A stretch of 36,464 nt of DNA from Roseovarius sp. (GCA_021767845.1 JAASSQ010000001.1:1-36464), one strand, 5' to 3'. Counted from the first letter of the stretch, positions 19,194 to 29,846 are shown. The notes: generated by a model not told the origin, from the sequence alone. Numbers and translations are program-made.

Positions 19194-19931
19194 TCAGGCG
19201 GGTGGGCCGTGTTCGCTTCTTGACACGTTGGCCCTGGGAAACTCCGCATCGGGCGCCGGCACGTCATAGAACGCGGCCAGCGCCTTGTAGTCGGACAGGT
19301 CGGACCATCGCAGAACCAGGGTCGAGGCGGGCTCCTCCCTGCGTATCCGTTTGAATTGCTGCCACTTTCTTTTGCGGTGGTTGTGCTTTCGCTTGCGGCG
19401 CAGGTCGGGGTCGGTTTCCCACTCGGTATGCGCCGGGTAGGTTTCGGGGTGCGTTTCCTCCCAGTGGCGGACGCTTGCCAGCCAGTCGTCGAAATCCCGG
19501 TCCACCCAGATGAATTTGGCGTGGGGCGCCAGCACCTTGCACAGGAAGGGATGCAGATGGCCGTGCCCCATGGGCGCATCGTGGAACACGTCGAACGGGG
19601 CGATCTTCTTGACGAAGTCCTTCATGTCCTTGCGCAGGGCCGTGCCGTGTTCCGCGGCGAAGCTGTCGAGATTGCGGGCGTTGGCGGCACGCTTGTTCCA
19701 CGTGTTCAGCAATGGCCGGATGTCGCGCAGAAGTTGGCCGCGATGCGGCATCGCGCGATGGCCCACGCCAAGTTCCAGAAGCGCCTTGCTGACCGAGGTG
19801 GTGCCGGTCTTGTAGGGGGACGCGATGATGTGCACGGGCCTGACAAGGGCGCCATCCGACACCAGGCCATCGAGCGGGTCGGTGTCCCGGCTGTCGGTGC
19901 CGTGATTTTCGCTGTCTCGGTTTTCCGTCAT
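19194..19931 (-). CDS. Sulfotransferase-family protein (Sulfotransfer_4-like)
   Basis: KTGTTSV 5'-PSB loop, FHDAP, KFIWVDRDFDDWLAS; ATGA overlap with the upstream glycosyltransferase. Confidence 0.72.
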   Translation of the reverse strand: MTENRDSENHGTDSRDTDPLDGLVSDGALVRPVHIIASPYKTGTTSVSKALLELGVGHRAMPHRGQLLRDIRPLLNTWNKRAANARNLDSFAAEHGTALRKDMKDFVKKIAPFDVFHDAPMGHGHLHPFLCKVLAPHAKFIWVDRDFDDWLASVRHWEETHPETYPAHTEWETDPDLRRKRKHNHRKRKWQQFKRIRREEPASTLVLRWSDLSDYKALAAFYDVPAPDAEFPRANVSRSEHGPPA

Positions 19932-21757
19932 GCCATGCCTCCTGCCGCGCGCAGCCGTCCGTAGATCCACAGAAGTGGCCGTTTCAGGATCGGCACCCTT
20001 TCGGCGAGGGCCCGGCCGGCCCTGACGACCGGCGACGTGTTGCGCGCCGGGGTTTGCGCCCTCGGACCTCGAAGAACCTCGCCGTAGAAGGGGGTGCGTA
20101 TCAAGGCCTGCCAGTAATATTGCGCCATCGGCACGGCCGCATGTCGCCACGGCTTGTAATCACGGTCCGCGTAATGAATGAGCCAGGGGTCGGTGCGGGC
20201 GGCCATCGCCTGCGCATGACCGTCGGCGGGCACCCGCCCATAGGCCGCCGGATCCGAGTTGAAGACGTTCCACCTGGGATCGAGCGAGAACAGGCTGTCC
20301 TTGAAATGGCGATTGAGAATGTCCTGATCGCGGAACAGGTAGCCGCCCTCGCGCGCCTCGGCCACGAGCGCCTTGCCCTCGGCGCCGACATCCTCCATCG
20401 CGGCGAAATTGAACAGCAGGACACCGGCGTTGAAATATCGCGCGATGTTCGTCTCCGACAGTCCGAGAACATCGAAATGGTACGCGCGAAGATCCGGCAC
20501 GTCGGGGTCGATCGTCTTGACCGGGCCGCTGAGCGTGCGGGTCATGATCCAGTCCGTCACGGCCGCGATCCGTGCGTTGCCGATGTCGGTGTCGTAGAGT
20601 TTGCAGATGTCCTCACGCAGGATGACATCGACATCGAGATACAAAAGACGGTCCAGCCCCGGCAGAAGATCGAACAGAAGAAAGCGATTGTAGGTCGCGT
20701 TCGATGGCGCCCGGCTGGCGGAGCGATAGCTGTCCTTGAATGCCCCGTGTGTGTTGATCGGGTGCAGCGTGGCATGCGGATGGTCGGAAATCACGGTTTC
20801 GAGCAGCCCGAGGTCACGGGCGGGGATGCCATCGTGAAGGTAAAACAGATCGAGCGGCCTGTCGGACGAGGCATGATCGACAAGGCTGCGCAGCATGGCC
20901 GCCGCGTGGGGCAGGTAGGCGCGATCGGACGAGAACGCGATGTTCACGCTGCCAGGATCGCCCTTCTGCTCGGGCAGCAGGAAGGGCGTGACCAGGGTGT
21001 CGGCGAGATTCAGGATCGACACCTCGCGAAGGCGCAGCGTCGGGTTGGATTCCTGTTCGTGATGGACAAAGACGGTAAAGAGCCGTTCGGCCAGAAAACC
21101 GAGATAGCGCATCTGGGTCGTGCTGTAATGCGTCCGTGAAACGGGGGCGGCCTCGACCTTGAAGAGGATGTCGAACAGCCATGCGCAATATCGGTCGAAA
21201 ACCGGGCGTGACATCAGAGCCATGTTGCCCAGGCGGATGTAGCGGTCGCGGGCGACGGCCTCGAACGAATCGGCATAGTCGGGATGATCCCGGGCGATGA
21301 TGTCGCGGGCCAGGTCGAAATCCTGTGCCCAATGGCGTTTAGCGTAGTTTTCCTCGACCGTCAGGCCCATTTCGTGCAGCCGGGGCAGCACGATGTCCCA
21401 GTTTGCGGCCTGCTGCGCGATCCAGCTTTCCGCTTCGGCGGTCCATTGCCGTGTATCGAGGTGGTCGGGCGTGCGTTCGACCGCTCCGCCCGGCAACCTG
21501 TCGGTCAGGTCAAGCAGCCGGCGGTAATGCATCAGGCCGATCATGTCGCTTTCGGTGTCGTTCTGCCAGGCCCAGTAAAGGGCGGTCAGTTCGCAGAATG
21601 ACGGGTTGCGAGAAGATATGTTCCTGCCGCTGTCATCGCCCTGCATGTCCGGGAGGGCCGCGGGCGCGATTTCGCGCCCAACGTGTATCGGCGTGATCGT
21701 CCGGCTGCGGAAAAGCGGCGCCTGACGGTGATAGGCGGTGAGGATACTTGCTTTCAT
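19928..21757 (-). CDS. WbbM-like bifunctional glycosyltransferase: DUF4422/GT111 (Galf-transferase-like) plus GT8
   Basis: GDDSGRNIS..NPSFCELTALYWAW, IGLMHYRR, GFLAERL (DUF4422); LYLDVDV, YFNAGVLL, DQDILN, IHYA...KPW (GT8); basic amphipathic C-tail. Confidence 0.88.
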   Translation of the reverse strand: MKASILTAYHRQAPLFRSRTITPIHVGREIAPAALPDMQGDDSGRNISSRNPSFCELTALYWAWQNDTESDMIGLMHYRRLLDLTDRLPGGAVERTPDHLDTRQWTAEAESWIAQQAANWDIVLPRLHEMGLTVEENYAKRHWAQDFDLARDIIARDHPDYADSFEAVARDRYIRLGNMALMSRPVFDRYCAWLFDILFKVEAAPVSRTHYSTTQMRYLGFLAERLFTVFVHHEQESNPTLRLREVSILNLADTLVTPFLLPEQKGDPGSVNIAFSSDRAYLPHAAAMLRSLVDHASSDRPLDLFYLHDGIPARDLGLLETVISDHPHATLHPINTHGAFKDSYRSASRAPSNATYNRFLLFDLLPGLDRLLYLDVDVILREDICKLYDTDIGNARIAAVTDWIMTRTLSGPVKTIDPDVPDLRAYHFDVLGLSETNIARYFNAGVLLFNFAAMEDVGAEGKALVAEAREGGYLFRDQDILNRHFKDSLFSLDPRWNVFNSDPAAYGRVPADGHAQAMAARTDPWLIHYADRDYKPWRHAAVPMAQYYWQALIRTPFYGEVLRGPRAQTPARNTSPVVRAGRALAERVPILKRPLLWIYGRLRAAGGMA

Positions 21758-21862
21758 CCTGCCATTGAAACCTGTTTAAACATTTAGCAATCTTGCGTCT
21801 GTTATTCGTGGCGCGTTTCGGCGCGGAGTAATCCATCTTGTCGGGGGCGTCCACCGTTCACC

Positions 21863-22912
21863 ATGACGTATCACAGTGCGAAGCGATCAAGTCACAACCC
21901 AAGCGTGCAGTCAACACGGCCTGTCACGGACGATCCGGCGGGCAAACGAAACCTGGTTGCCGTTGTCGTCACCCATAACCGGATCGAGAAACTGAAGGTT
22001 ACGCTACGGCGTTTGCTGTCGGAGCCTGCTGCCGACCTGGCGTCGGTTCTGGTCTTCGACAACGCGAGCAGCGATGGCACGGGCATTTGGCTGGCGCGGC
22101 AGGCCGATCCCAGGCTTCATGTCGTGACTTCGGCCCGGAATCTCGGGGGCGCGGGCGGCTTCGAGAAGGCGCTTGCCGAAGCGGTCGCGCGGTTCGATCC
22201 CGATTGGCTGGTTCTCATGGATGACGATGCGCGCCCGGCACCCGGCACGCTTGGGGCATTCTGCCGCGATCGGAACCGGGACAGGGCCGAGGCCTGGGCC
22301 GCTGCGGTCACCTATCCCGACGGCCGGGTGTGCGACATGAACCGCCCGTGGATCAACCCGTTCCGATCCGCGCGCGATTTCTGGCGCGGTCTGCTCCACG
22401 GGCGCGACGGGTTTCACCTGACCGAGGACGACTATGCCGCGCCGGATCAGCGTGCAATCGACGGCTGTTCCTTTGTCGGGCTTTTCCTGTCGCGGGATGC
22501 GATCGCGCGCGTCGGCTATCCTGACGGGCGCTTGTTTCTTTACGGGGATGATGTGCTTTATACGCTGGCGCTGTCCCAGGCGGGTGGCGCGATCCGGTTC
22601 GATCCCGGCCTGGTGTTCGAGCATGACTGCGCGACCCTGTCCGACGGTGCCAGCCCGGTGATGTCGCCGCTGTGGAAGGTGTATTTCTTCCACCGTAACC
22701 AGGTATTCATCTACGCGCGCGCAGCCGGGCCCGTTCTGTTCTGGCCCGTCTTCGTCGTCAAGGCGGCTTCGTGGTGGGTTCGGGCCAGGCATTACGGCCC
22801 CAGCAAGGCGGCTTACAGGCGGCTGGTGCGGCTTGCCTTGCTGGACGGGCTGTTGCGGCGCACGGATCGGCCTGCGGAAAGCGTCATGGTTGCGGCCCGA
22901 GCGGCGGAGTGA
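21863..22912 (+). CDS. GT2 glycosyltransferase, WbbN/GlfT1-like (probable galactofuranosyltransferase)
   Basis: AVVVTHNR, DNASSDGT, NLGGAGGF, LMDDDARP, SFVGL, FLYGDD; exact start uncertain. Confidence 0.82.
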   Translation: MTYHSAKRSSHNPSVQSTRPVTDDPAGKRNLVAVVVTHNRIEKLKVTLRRLLSEPAADLASVLVFDNASSDGTGIWLARQADPRLHVVTSARNLGGAGGFEKALAEAVARFDPDWLVLMDDDARPAPGTLGAFCRDRNRDRAEAWAAAVTYPDGRVCDMNRPWINPFRSARDFWRGLLHGRDGFHLTEDDYAAPDQRAIDGCSFVGLFLSRDAIARVGYPDGRLFLYGDDVLYTLALSQAGGAIRFDPGLVFEHDCATLSDGASPVMSPLWKVYFFHRNQVFIYARAAGPVLFWPVFVVKAASWWVRARHYGPSKAAYRRLVRLALLDGLLRRTDRPAESVMVAARAAE

Positions 22913-22946
22913 CGCGCCGCTCCTGCCGCGTGCTGTCGGATGGGCA

Positions 22947-23765
22947 TCAGTTGGCGTTGAGAATCCAGAGATTGTAGCGGCGCAGCACCAGAAGCCCGAG
23001 GGCGATCAGGGTCAGCCCGACGATGACAGGGAACATCAAGGACGTATGCTGGGGGTCGTAGGTCGGATAATAGCCGATCCGTGAGACCGTCGTGATGTGC
23101 AGGAGCGGATTGTACCAAAGAACGTCCTGCGCGAGGGGCGGCAGATCCTCCATGATCCAGATGACCCCCGAGGCCAGAAACAGCGGGCGCGTGACAATGC
23201 GCCAGATATTGGACCAGATGGGGAAAAACCCGTTCAGGGCACAGTTCACCAACCCGGTGCCCAGGCCCAGGAGCGCGGCCATCACGAAGCTGAGCAGGAT
23301 TGCCCCGAAATCGAGGATCGTTCGGCTTTCCACAATCATCAGGATGCCGACCATCAGGATGTAGGCGACCAACGTGTTGGTCAGGATGTTCAGGATTGCC
23401 CGGGCCGCGACGGCGTCGATCCACGTGACCGCTGGATATTTCAGGAGGGCCTTGGAGTAGGTCAGCGCCAGCATGGTCGTGTTCGATGTCTGGATATACA
23501 GATTGAACGGCAGGTAGCCGGTTGCGTAGAACAGCAGGAAGCTGTTGCCGAGGGACGGCGACCGCAAAAGCAGCGAAAACCCGACGGAGAGCAGGACAAT
23601 CATGCCCATCGGTTCGAGGATCGCCCACACGTAGCCGCCCGGCGTGCGGCCATACCGGGAGCTCATTTCCCGGAGCATGAGCGCGATGATCGTGCGCAGA
23701 TGTCGCCAACGCGCGTCTTGCCCGTTGTGGGGCGCCTGCGCGGCGGGAATCGAGGATTCGGTCAC
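22947..23765 (-). CDS. kpsM: Capsular polysaccharide export ABC permease KpsM
   Basis: ALMLREMSSRYG..PGGYVWAILEP, WYNPLLH; AGGAG supports GTG 23765. Confidence 0.88.
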   Translation of the reverse strand: MTESSIPAAQAPHNGQDARWRHLRTIIALMLREMSSRYGRTPGGYVWAILEPMGMIVLLSVGFSLLLRSPSLGNSFLLFYATGYLPFNLYIQTSNTTMLALTYSKALLKYPAVTWIDAVAARAILNILTNTLVAYILMVGILMIVESRTILDFGAILLSFVMAALLGLGTGLVNCALNGFFPIWSNIWRIVTRPLFLASGVIWIMEDLPPLAQDVLWYNPLLHITTVSRIGYYPTYDPQHTSLMFPVIVGLTLIALGLLVLRRYNLWILNAN

Positions 23766-23844
23766 GGGGTCTCCTCTGGTGTTGTCTGAGCCGAGTATGT
23801 AGAGTCCCGCCCACAACTTCAAATTGATCGAGAGTGTTCAGTTC

Positions 23845-25206
23845 GTGACGACACCTGGTGAGACTTCAGCCACACGCTTTCGGTATGTGGGGGAGCGCGA
23901 CGCGCAATCCGGGCAGGATAGTGCCAAGAGTTCCGATGTGAACCAATCGCAGGGCGAGGCCGCCGGGGACCAGTCGGAAGAGGCCGGGGAAAAACCGCGG
24001 AAAGCCGGCGGACGCAAGGGCAACCGGGGCAAGCGCAAGAACCAGCCGCCCCAGGTGGTCGAAGTGCCGCCCGCGGCGGGTCCGGCCAGGATGCGCCGGC
24101 GTCACTGGGGGATCCTTGTCAGTTTCCTCGTGGTGGTCATTGTCCCGGTGATCCTGTCGGCCTTCTATCTTTGGGGGCGGGCCGTTGACCAGTATGGCTC
24201 GACCGTCGGATTCACCGTCCGGCAGGAGGACGGGAACGGCGCGTCGGACATTCTGGGCGGTCTCGCGGCCCAGGTCGGAGGCACGGGGGGGACGTCGGAC
24301 ACGGACATCGTTTACGAGTTCATCCAAAGCCAGTCCCTTGTCGGCGCGATCGACGAGGAATTCGATCTCGTCTCGGAATATTCGCGTCATTACGATACCG
24401 ACCCGATCTTCGCCCTCGCCCCGGACGCAAGCCTTGAGGACCTGGTGGACTACTGGCAGAGGATCGTCCGGGTGTCCTACGACCAGAATTCGCGCCTGAT
24501 CGAATTGCGCGTTCTGGCATTCGACCCGGAAACCGCCCAGTCGATCGCAAGAGCGATCCTCGAGCGCAGCCAGGCGCTTATCAATGATCTTAACCGCCAG
24601 GCGCGGAATGACATGATCCGCTATGCCGAGCGCGATCTTGCCGAGGCGCAGGAGCGTCTGCGCAAGGCACGGGCCGAATTGATCCGCTTCCGCACGACGA
24701 CGCAGCTCGTGGACCCGGAATCCGATCTGCAGGGCCGCATGGGCGTGGTCAACATGCTGCAATCCCAGTTGGCCGAGGCGCTGATCGACCTGGACATGCT
24801 GCATCAGTCCACGAACCAGAACGACCCGCGCGTGACCCAGGCCCGCCGGCGGATCGAGGTCATTCGCGACCGGATCGCGCAGGAACGCCGCAACGTGGCC
24901 CTCGGCGAAACCGGCGCCGAAGGGGAACAGGGCGACTACCCGACGATCCTGGCGGAATACGAGGCGCTTCTGGTGGACCGCGAGTTTGCGGAAGAAAGCT
25001 ATACCGCGGCGCTGGCGGCGCTTGATTCGGCGCGGGCAGAGGCGGCCCGGCAAAGCCGTTACCTGGTGCCCTATATCGACCCGACCTTGCCGCAGACATC
25101 CGAGTTTCCGCAGCGCTGGACGCTGTTGGGCCTTGTCGCGCTTTTCCTGACACTCAGCTGGGCGATCCTGGCGCTGGTCTACTATTCGATCCGAGACAGC
25201 CGGTGA
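23845..25206 (+). CDS. kpsE: Capsule export inner-membrane co-polymerase KpsE (PCP-3)
   Basis: Two TM segments flanking a long coiled coil; YEFIQSQSLV, LRVLAFDPETA, RQSRYL..YIDPTLP; start GTG 23845 or TTG 23824. Confidence 0.87.
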   Translation: MTTPGETSATRFRYVGERDAQSGQDSAKSSDVNQSQGEAAGDQSEEAGEKPRKAGGRKGNRGKRKNQPPQVVEVPPAAGPARMRRRHWGILVSFLVVVIVPVILSAFYLWGRAVDQYGSTVGFTVRQEDGNGASDILGGLAAQVGGTGGTSDTDIVYEFIQSQSLVGAIDEEFDLVSEYSRHYDTDPIFALAPDASLEDLVDYWQRIVRVSYDQNSRLIELRVLAFDPETAQSIARAILERSQALINDLNRQARNDMIRYAERDLAEAQERLRKARAELIRFRTTTQLVDPESDLQGRMGVVNMLQSQLAEALIDLDMLHQSTNQNDPRVTQARRRIEVIRDRIAQERRNVALGETGAEGEQGDYPTILAEYEALLVDREFAEESYTAALAALDSARAEAARQSRYLVPYIDPTLPQTSEFPQRWTLLGLVALFLTLSWAILALVYYSIRDSR

Positions 25207-25207
25207 A

Positions 25208-25861
25208 ATGATCCGCTTCGAGAACCTTTCGAAAAGCTTCTGGGTACGAGGACGGGAAAGGGTGGTGATCGACCATCTGGACATGACGTTGCCGGATGGA
25301 AAATCGATCGCGCTTCTGGGGCGCAACGGGGCCGGCAAGTCCACGCTGCTGAGCATCATCGCCGGCGCCATGCCGCCCGATACCGGCCGGGTGGTCCATG
25401 ATGGCACCATGTCCTGGCCCGTGGGGCTGGGCGGCACGTTCCATCCCCAATTGACCGGCGCGCAAAACGTGCGGTTCGTCGCAAGGGTCTATGGCGTCGA
25501 TTCCGAAAGCCTTCTGCATTTCGTACGGGAGTTTTCCGAACTGGGCGCGCAGTTCGACAACCCGGTGAAGACCTATTCGTCGGGGATGCGCGCGCGGCTC
25601 GGGTTCGGCCTGTCGATGGGGATCAAGTTCGACACCTACCTGATCGACGAGACGACATCGGTGGGCGATGCCCGGTTCAATCGCAAAAGCCGCGCGGTGT
25701 TCCTGGAGCGTGTCAAGGATGCCAGCGCGATCATGGTCAGCCACCAGGTCAGGACGCTTCGGCAGTTCTGCGACAGCGGCATCCTGCTGCATGATGGCAA
25801 GCTGACCTATTTCGAAGATCTCGAAGAGGCCATCGAACGCCACCTGGAATTGAACGGGTAG
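25208..25861 (+). CDS. kpsT: Capsule export ABC ATPase KpsT
   Basis: GRNGAGKST, SWPVG, YSSGMRARL, YLIDE; 217 aa with no C-terminal carbohydrate-binding module. Confidence 0.92.
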   Translation: MIRFENLSKSFWVRGRERVVIDHLDMTLPDGKSIALLGRNGAGKSTLLSIIAGAMPPDTGRVVHDGTMSWPVGLGGTFHPQLTGAQNVRFVARVYGVDSESLLHFVREFSELGAQFDNPVKTYSSGMRARLGFGLSMGIKFDTYLIDETTSVGDARFNRKSRAVFLERVKDASAIMVSHQVRTLRQFCDSGILLHDGKLTYFEDLEEAIERHLELNG

Positions 25862-25999
25862 GCCGCTCCGGCATCGCGCCGGGACAATTAGATTGAAATC
25901 GGAGCCATTCTTCCAATTTTGGTCGCAGGTCGTCCCGTTTTGCCGTCACGGTGACCGGTTTTCCTGACCCCGGGAGTGGTATCAGGGGTCGATGTGCCG

Positions 26000-28558
26000 A
26001 TGCTGGAATTTCGTTTCGTCGGAGTTGCCGCTACGGGTGAAGAGCGGTTCGATTGGTCCATCAGCGATTTGCAGGTCGTGGCGGGTTACACCGGGCCGGT
26101 TCTGGTGTCGGTTGTCGGCGGCGAGGGCGGGTTGGTGACCTGGTCTCTCGAGTCGGGAGGGGCGCCCGAGGTGATCGGGACGCGACCCTTGGAGACGGGC
26201 TGGATCACGCCGACCGGGCCGCAACTGGCCCTGAGCGGCGATGACCTGGTGATCTCGGGGGTGCAGCCGGGGCGCCTTGGGGTCGCGGATGCAACGGGCG
26301 GGGCATCGCCGCCGCAGATCGGGTATCACGCGGCGGATATCGGACACGCCACGGTCATGGCCGCGATGCCCGGCGGGCGGATGGCAATGGCGGATGGCAA
26401 TGGTGCGGGAATGGTGGTGGTTGCCCCGCAGCCCGAAGGCGGACTGAGCGTCGTTGCGCGCACGCCCGCCACCGCCGCGGACCGGGCCGGCATGGTCAGC
26501 AAGATCGCGGTGGCGGGCCCGGAAGGAGCGGAGATCCTTCTGGCCGCCAGTGCGGCAGGGCGCAGCGTGACGTCTTTCACGGTGTCCGGGGACCGGATCG
26601 TTCCGCTGGACACGGCGAATGCGGAGGACGGGTTGTGGATGATGGTGCCGACCGATCTGGTCGTTGCGCAGTCGGGGGGACAGACCTTTGCCGTTGTCGC
26701 CTCGTCGCCTGATACTTGGGGCGCTGCGGGCACCCTGAGTGTCCTGCGGGTCGGCGACGGGGGGAGCCTGACGGTCACCGACCATGTGCTCGATACTCGC
26801 GACAGCCGATTCGGCCAGGTCCAGACGCTGGCGAGCGTGCAATACAACGGCATTCCGCTTGTTGTTGCTGGGGGCGGCGATGACGGGCTCAGCCTGTTCG
26901 CGTTGGCGTCCGGTGGCAGGCTTGTTCATCTGGACAGCTTCGAGGATACGCGGGCCACCGGGCTGACGGGAGTGACGGCGCTTGAACTGGCGGTGTTCGG
27001 TGACAGGCTGCATGTAATCGCCGCGTCCGGCGCGGATGCGGGGGTGACGGCGCTCGAGGTAAATCTGGGCGATCTGGGGGCCACCATCCCCACGGCCGGC
27101 AACGACATCCTGTGTGACGGGCAGGGGGCTGACACGCTGCAAGGGGGAGAGGGGCGCGACATCTACGTGTTCGGCGTGGATGGGCAGACGGATGTCGTCA
27201 GAGGTTTCGATCCGTCGGCCGACCGCCTGGATTTGACGGGCTGGCCCATGCTCTACGATGCGCAGTCGGTGACCATTCTGCCAACCGGATCGGGTGCAAC
27301 GATCACCTTTCGCAACGAAACGCTGATCCTGGAAAGCGCGCAGGGCAGGCCGTTGGACCCAGAGGCGGTGCGGGCCGCGATCTCGCTCGAGGTCAACCGC
27401 GTGCCGCTTCCGTCCGATCTTGGCCTGCCGGTGGCAGATGACGGGCCGGACGGCGAGGATGACGAAAACACGCCCCGGCAGGGAACGGATGGAAACGATA
27501 TGTTTGCCGCCCAACCCGGCGATGACACGATCCTGGGGGGCGCGGGTGCCGATACCGTCACGTTCGCGCATTCGATCTTCGATGTCCGGGTTCTGGACGT
27601 CTCGGGCGACCGCGTCACCGTGGAAGCGCCCGATGGGGTGGATGTGCTGGGGTCGATCGATGTTTTCGAGTTCGCGGACGGAACGCTGGACTTCGCCGGT
27701 GTCGCATCGCTGCGGGGCCGGGAGGTTCTTGAAGGAACGGCGGGGGAGGATGTGCTGGAAGCCACCGAGGACAATGCGCGAATCCTGGGCCTGGGCGGCG
27801 ACGATACGCTGACCGCAACCAATGGTGCGGACATCCTCGATGCGGGGCCCGGAGATGACAGGGTCCGGGCGTTGCGCGGAGCGGATTCGATCCGGGCCGG
27901 AGACGGGGATGACGATATCTGGGGCCTTGGCGGCAGTGATACGATAGAGGGCGGCGCGGGTCACGACTATCTGCGCGGCGGGCGCGAGGAAGACCTGATC
28001 CGCGGCGGGGACGGAGAGGACTCGATCCGGGGCCAGCGGCACTCTGACACGATTCACGGCGGGGACGGCGACGACAATATCAAGGGTGGCGGCGGGAACG
28101 ACGTGCAGCATGGCGGTGCGGGCCATGACTTCATCAAGGGTGGCACGTGGCGCGATTATGCCGAAGGCGGCACCGGGAACGACAAGGTTTCGGGGAACCG
28201 GCATGACGACACGCTTCTGGGGGGCGAGGGAAACGACAAGATCATTGGCGGCGGGCATGACGACCGGCTTGTGGGCGGTGACGGGGACGATTTCCTCAAA
28301 GGCGGCAGCGGCGCGGATACCTTCGTGTTCGCGCGCGGGGACGACCGGGACAAGATCGCCGATTTCAGCCCGGCCGAGGATACTCTGGAACTGGATGCTG
28401 CGCTGACAGGTGGGATGCGCGAAGGTGCGGCGATCGTCGCGTCATTCGCAAGGATCAAGCGACGCGGGATCGAACTGGATTTCGGCGATCAGGACACGAT
28501 CCTCCTGTCCGGCCTTTCCAGTCTTGCAGGGCTGTCGGACGCGATCGAGATCCTGTAG
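26000..28558 (+). CDS. RTX (Ca-binding nonapeptide repeat) secreted protein with a probable beta-propeller-like N-terminal region
   Basis: Many GGxGxDxL/I repeats, C-terminal GADTFVF...DKIADF motif, no N-terminal signal peptide (type I secretion substrate); start ATG 26000 or GTG 25976. Confidence 0.85.
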   Translation: MLEFRFVGVAATGEERFDWSISDLQVVAGYTGPVLVSVVGGEGGLVTWSLESGGAPEVIGTRPLETGWITPTGPQLALSGDDLVISGVQPGRLGVADATGGASPPQIGYHAADIGHATVMAAMPGGRMAMADGNGAGMVVVAPQPEGGLSVVARTPATAADRAGMVSKIAVAGPEGAEILLAASAAGRSVTSFTVSGDRIVPLDTANAEDGLWMMVPTDLVVAQSGGQTFAVVASSPDTWGAAGTLSVLRVGDGGSLTVTDHVLDTRDSRFGQVQTLASVQYNGIPLVVAGGGDDGLSLFALASGGRLVHLDSFEDTRATGLTGVTALELAVFGDRLHVIAASGADAGVTALEVNLGDLGATIPTAGNDILCDGQGADTLQGGEGRDIYVFGVDGQTDVVRGFDPSADRLDLTGWPMLYDAQSVTILPTGSGATITFRNETLILESAQGRPLDPEAVRAAISLEVNRVPLPSDLGLPVADDGPDGEDDENTPRQGTDGNDMFAAQPGDDTILGGAGADTVTFAHSIFDVRVLDVSGDRVTVEAPDGVDVLGSIDVFEFADGTLDFAGVASLRGREVLEGTAGEDVLEATEDNARILGLGGDDTLTATNGADILDAGPGDDRVRALRGADSIRAGDGDDDIWGLGGSDTIEGGAGHDYLRGGREEDLIRGGDGEDSIRGQRHSDTIHGGDGDDNIKGGGGNDVQHGGAGHDFIKGGTWRDYAEGGTGNDKVSGNRHDDTLLGGEGNDKIIGGGHDDRLVGGDGDDFLKGGSGADTFVFARGDDRDKIADFSPAEDTLELDAALTGGMREGAAIVASFARIKRRGIELDFGDQDTILLSGLSSLAGLSDAIEIL

Positions 28559-28573
28559 CGGATTGTCACGCGC

Positions 28574-28602
28574 AAAAACGGCCGCACCTGTGGGCGCGGC
28601 CG
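28574..28602 (-). terminator. Intrinsic terminator for sqdB, possibly bidirectional
   Basis: cggccgc...gcggccg stem followed by TTTTT on the minus strand; T-rich tract also follows on the plus strand; between convergent genes. Confidence 0.72.
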
Positions 28603-28653
28603 CTGATTTCTTTTCCAGGTGCCACCGGCAGGCAAGCGCCGTTGCCTTTGCTG

Positions 28654-29811
28654 TCAGTTCCAGTTGGAAACGCAGGGGATCTTGGTCTTGTCGCAGCGCC
28701 CCGAGTATTTCTCGGCGATTTCCTTGACCTCGCCCAGAAGTTCGCCTGCCAGCGTCTTGGGCTCCAGTCCGAGGCCGAGGAACCGGTCGTTGGCGACGTG
28801 CAGATCGTTCTCGGCCGCTTCGTTGCGGGGGTTGTCCAGATAGGCGATTTCGGCGCCCATCATGTCGTGGATCATCTGCGCCAGGTCCCGCACGCGGTGC
28901 GTTTCGGTCATCTGGTTGAGGATGTTCACCCGCTCGCCGGTCTGCGGTGGGTTGTTCAAGGCCAGCTCGATGCAGCGGCAGGTGTCCTCGATGTGGATGA
29001 AGGCGCGGGTCTGGCCGCCGGTGCCGTGCACCGTCATCGGGTAATTGATCGCCGCCTGCATGATGAACCGGTTCAGGACGGTGCCATAGTCGCCGTCATA
29101 GTCGAACCGGTTGATGAGGCGTTCGTCCATCTTGGTTTCTTCGGTCTGCGTGCCCCAGACGATGCCCTGGTGCAGGTCGGTGATCTTCACGCCGTCATTC
29201 TTGTTGTAGAAGGCGAAGAGAAGCTGGTCCTGCGATTTGGTCATGTGGTAGATCGAACCGGGGTTGGTGGGATACAGGATTTCCTGCTCGGTCTCGCCCT
29301 CAGGGGTGTCGATCTTCACCTTCAGGTAACCTTCGGGGATCTTCATGCCGGCGGTGCCGTAGCCATAGACGCCCATGGTGCCAAGGTGGATCAGGTGGAC
29401 ATCCTGCCCGGATTCGACGATTGCCGCCAGAACGTCATTGGTAGCGTTGATGTTGTTGTTCACGGTGTAGCGCTTGTGCGCGGGCGATTTCATCGAGTAG
29501 GGCGCCGCGCGCTGCTCGGCGAAGTGGATGATCGCGTCGGGCTTTTCATCCTGAATCAGCGTCAGGAGACGGTGATAATGTTCCCCGACGGTAAAGTTGT
29601 GGAACTTGATCTCTTTGCCGGTCAGCTCTTTCCAGACGCGCAGGCGCTCGCCGATCGGGCGGATGGGCGTCAGGCTGTCCACCTCGAGTTCGAGGTCGAT
29701 TTCGCGCCGCGACAGGTTATCGACGATGACCACGTCGTGACCGCGACTGGAAAGATAGAGGGCATTGGGCCAACCGCAGAACCCGTCGCCGCCGAGAATG
29801 ATGACTTTCAT
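28654..29811 (-). CDS. sqdB: UDP-sulfoquinovose synthase
   Basis: [64 protein letters not shown] are SqdB/SQD1 motifs. Confidence 0.95.
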   Translation of the reverse strand: MKVIILGGDGFCGWPNALYLSSRGHDVVIVDNLSRREIDLELEVDSLTPIRPIGERLRVWKELTGKEIKFHNFTVGEHYHRLLTLIQDEKPDAIIHFAEQRAAPYSMKSPAHKRYTVNNNINATNDVLAAIVESGQDVHLIHLGTMGVYGYGTAGMKIPEGYLKVKIDTPEGETEQEILYPTNPGSIYHMTKSQDQLLFAFYNKNDGVKITDLHQGIVWGTQTEETKMDERLINRFDYDGDYGTVLNRFIMQAAINYPMTVHGTGGQTRAFIHIEDTCRCIELALNNPPQTGERVNILNQMTETHRVRDLAQMIHDMMGAEIAYLDNPRNEAAENDLHVANDRFLGLGLEPKTLAGELLGEVKEIAEKYSGRCDKTKIPCVSNWN

Positions 29812-29846
29812 GTTTTACCTACCTTGCTTGGCTCGCTAAGGGCGAG

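Noticed and set aside
21765-21779. CtrA-like box TTGA-N7-TTAA just upstream of the WbbM-like gene
   Set aside because: One mismatch in an AT-rich gap; could easily be chance without conservation data
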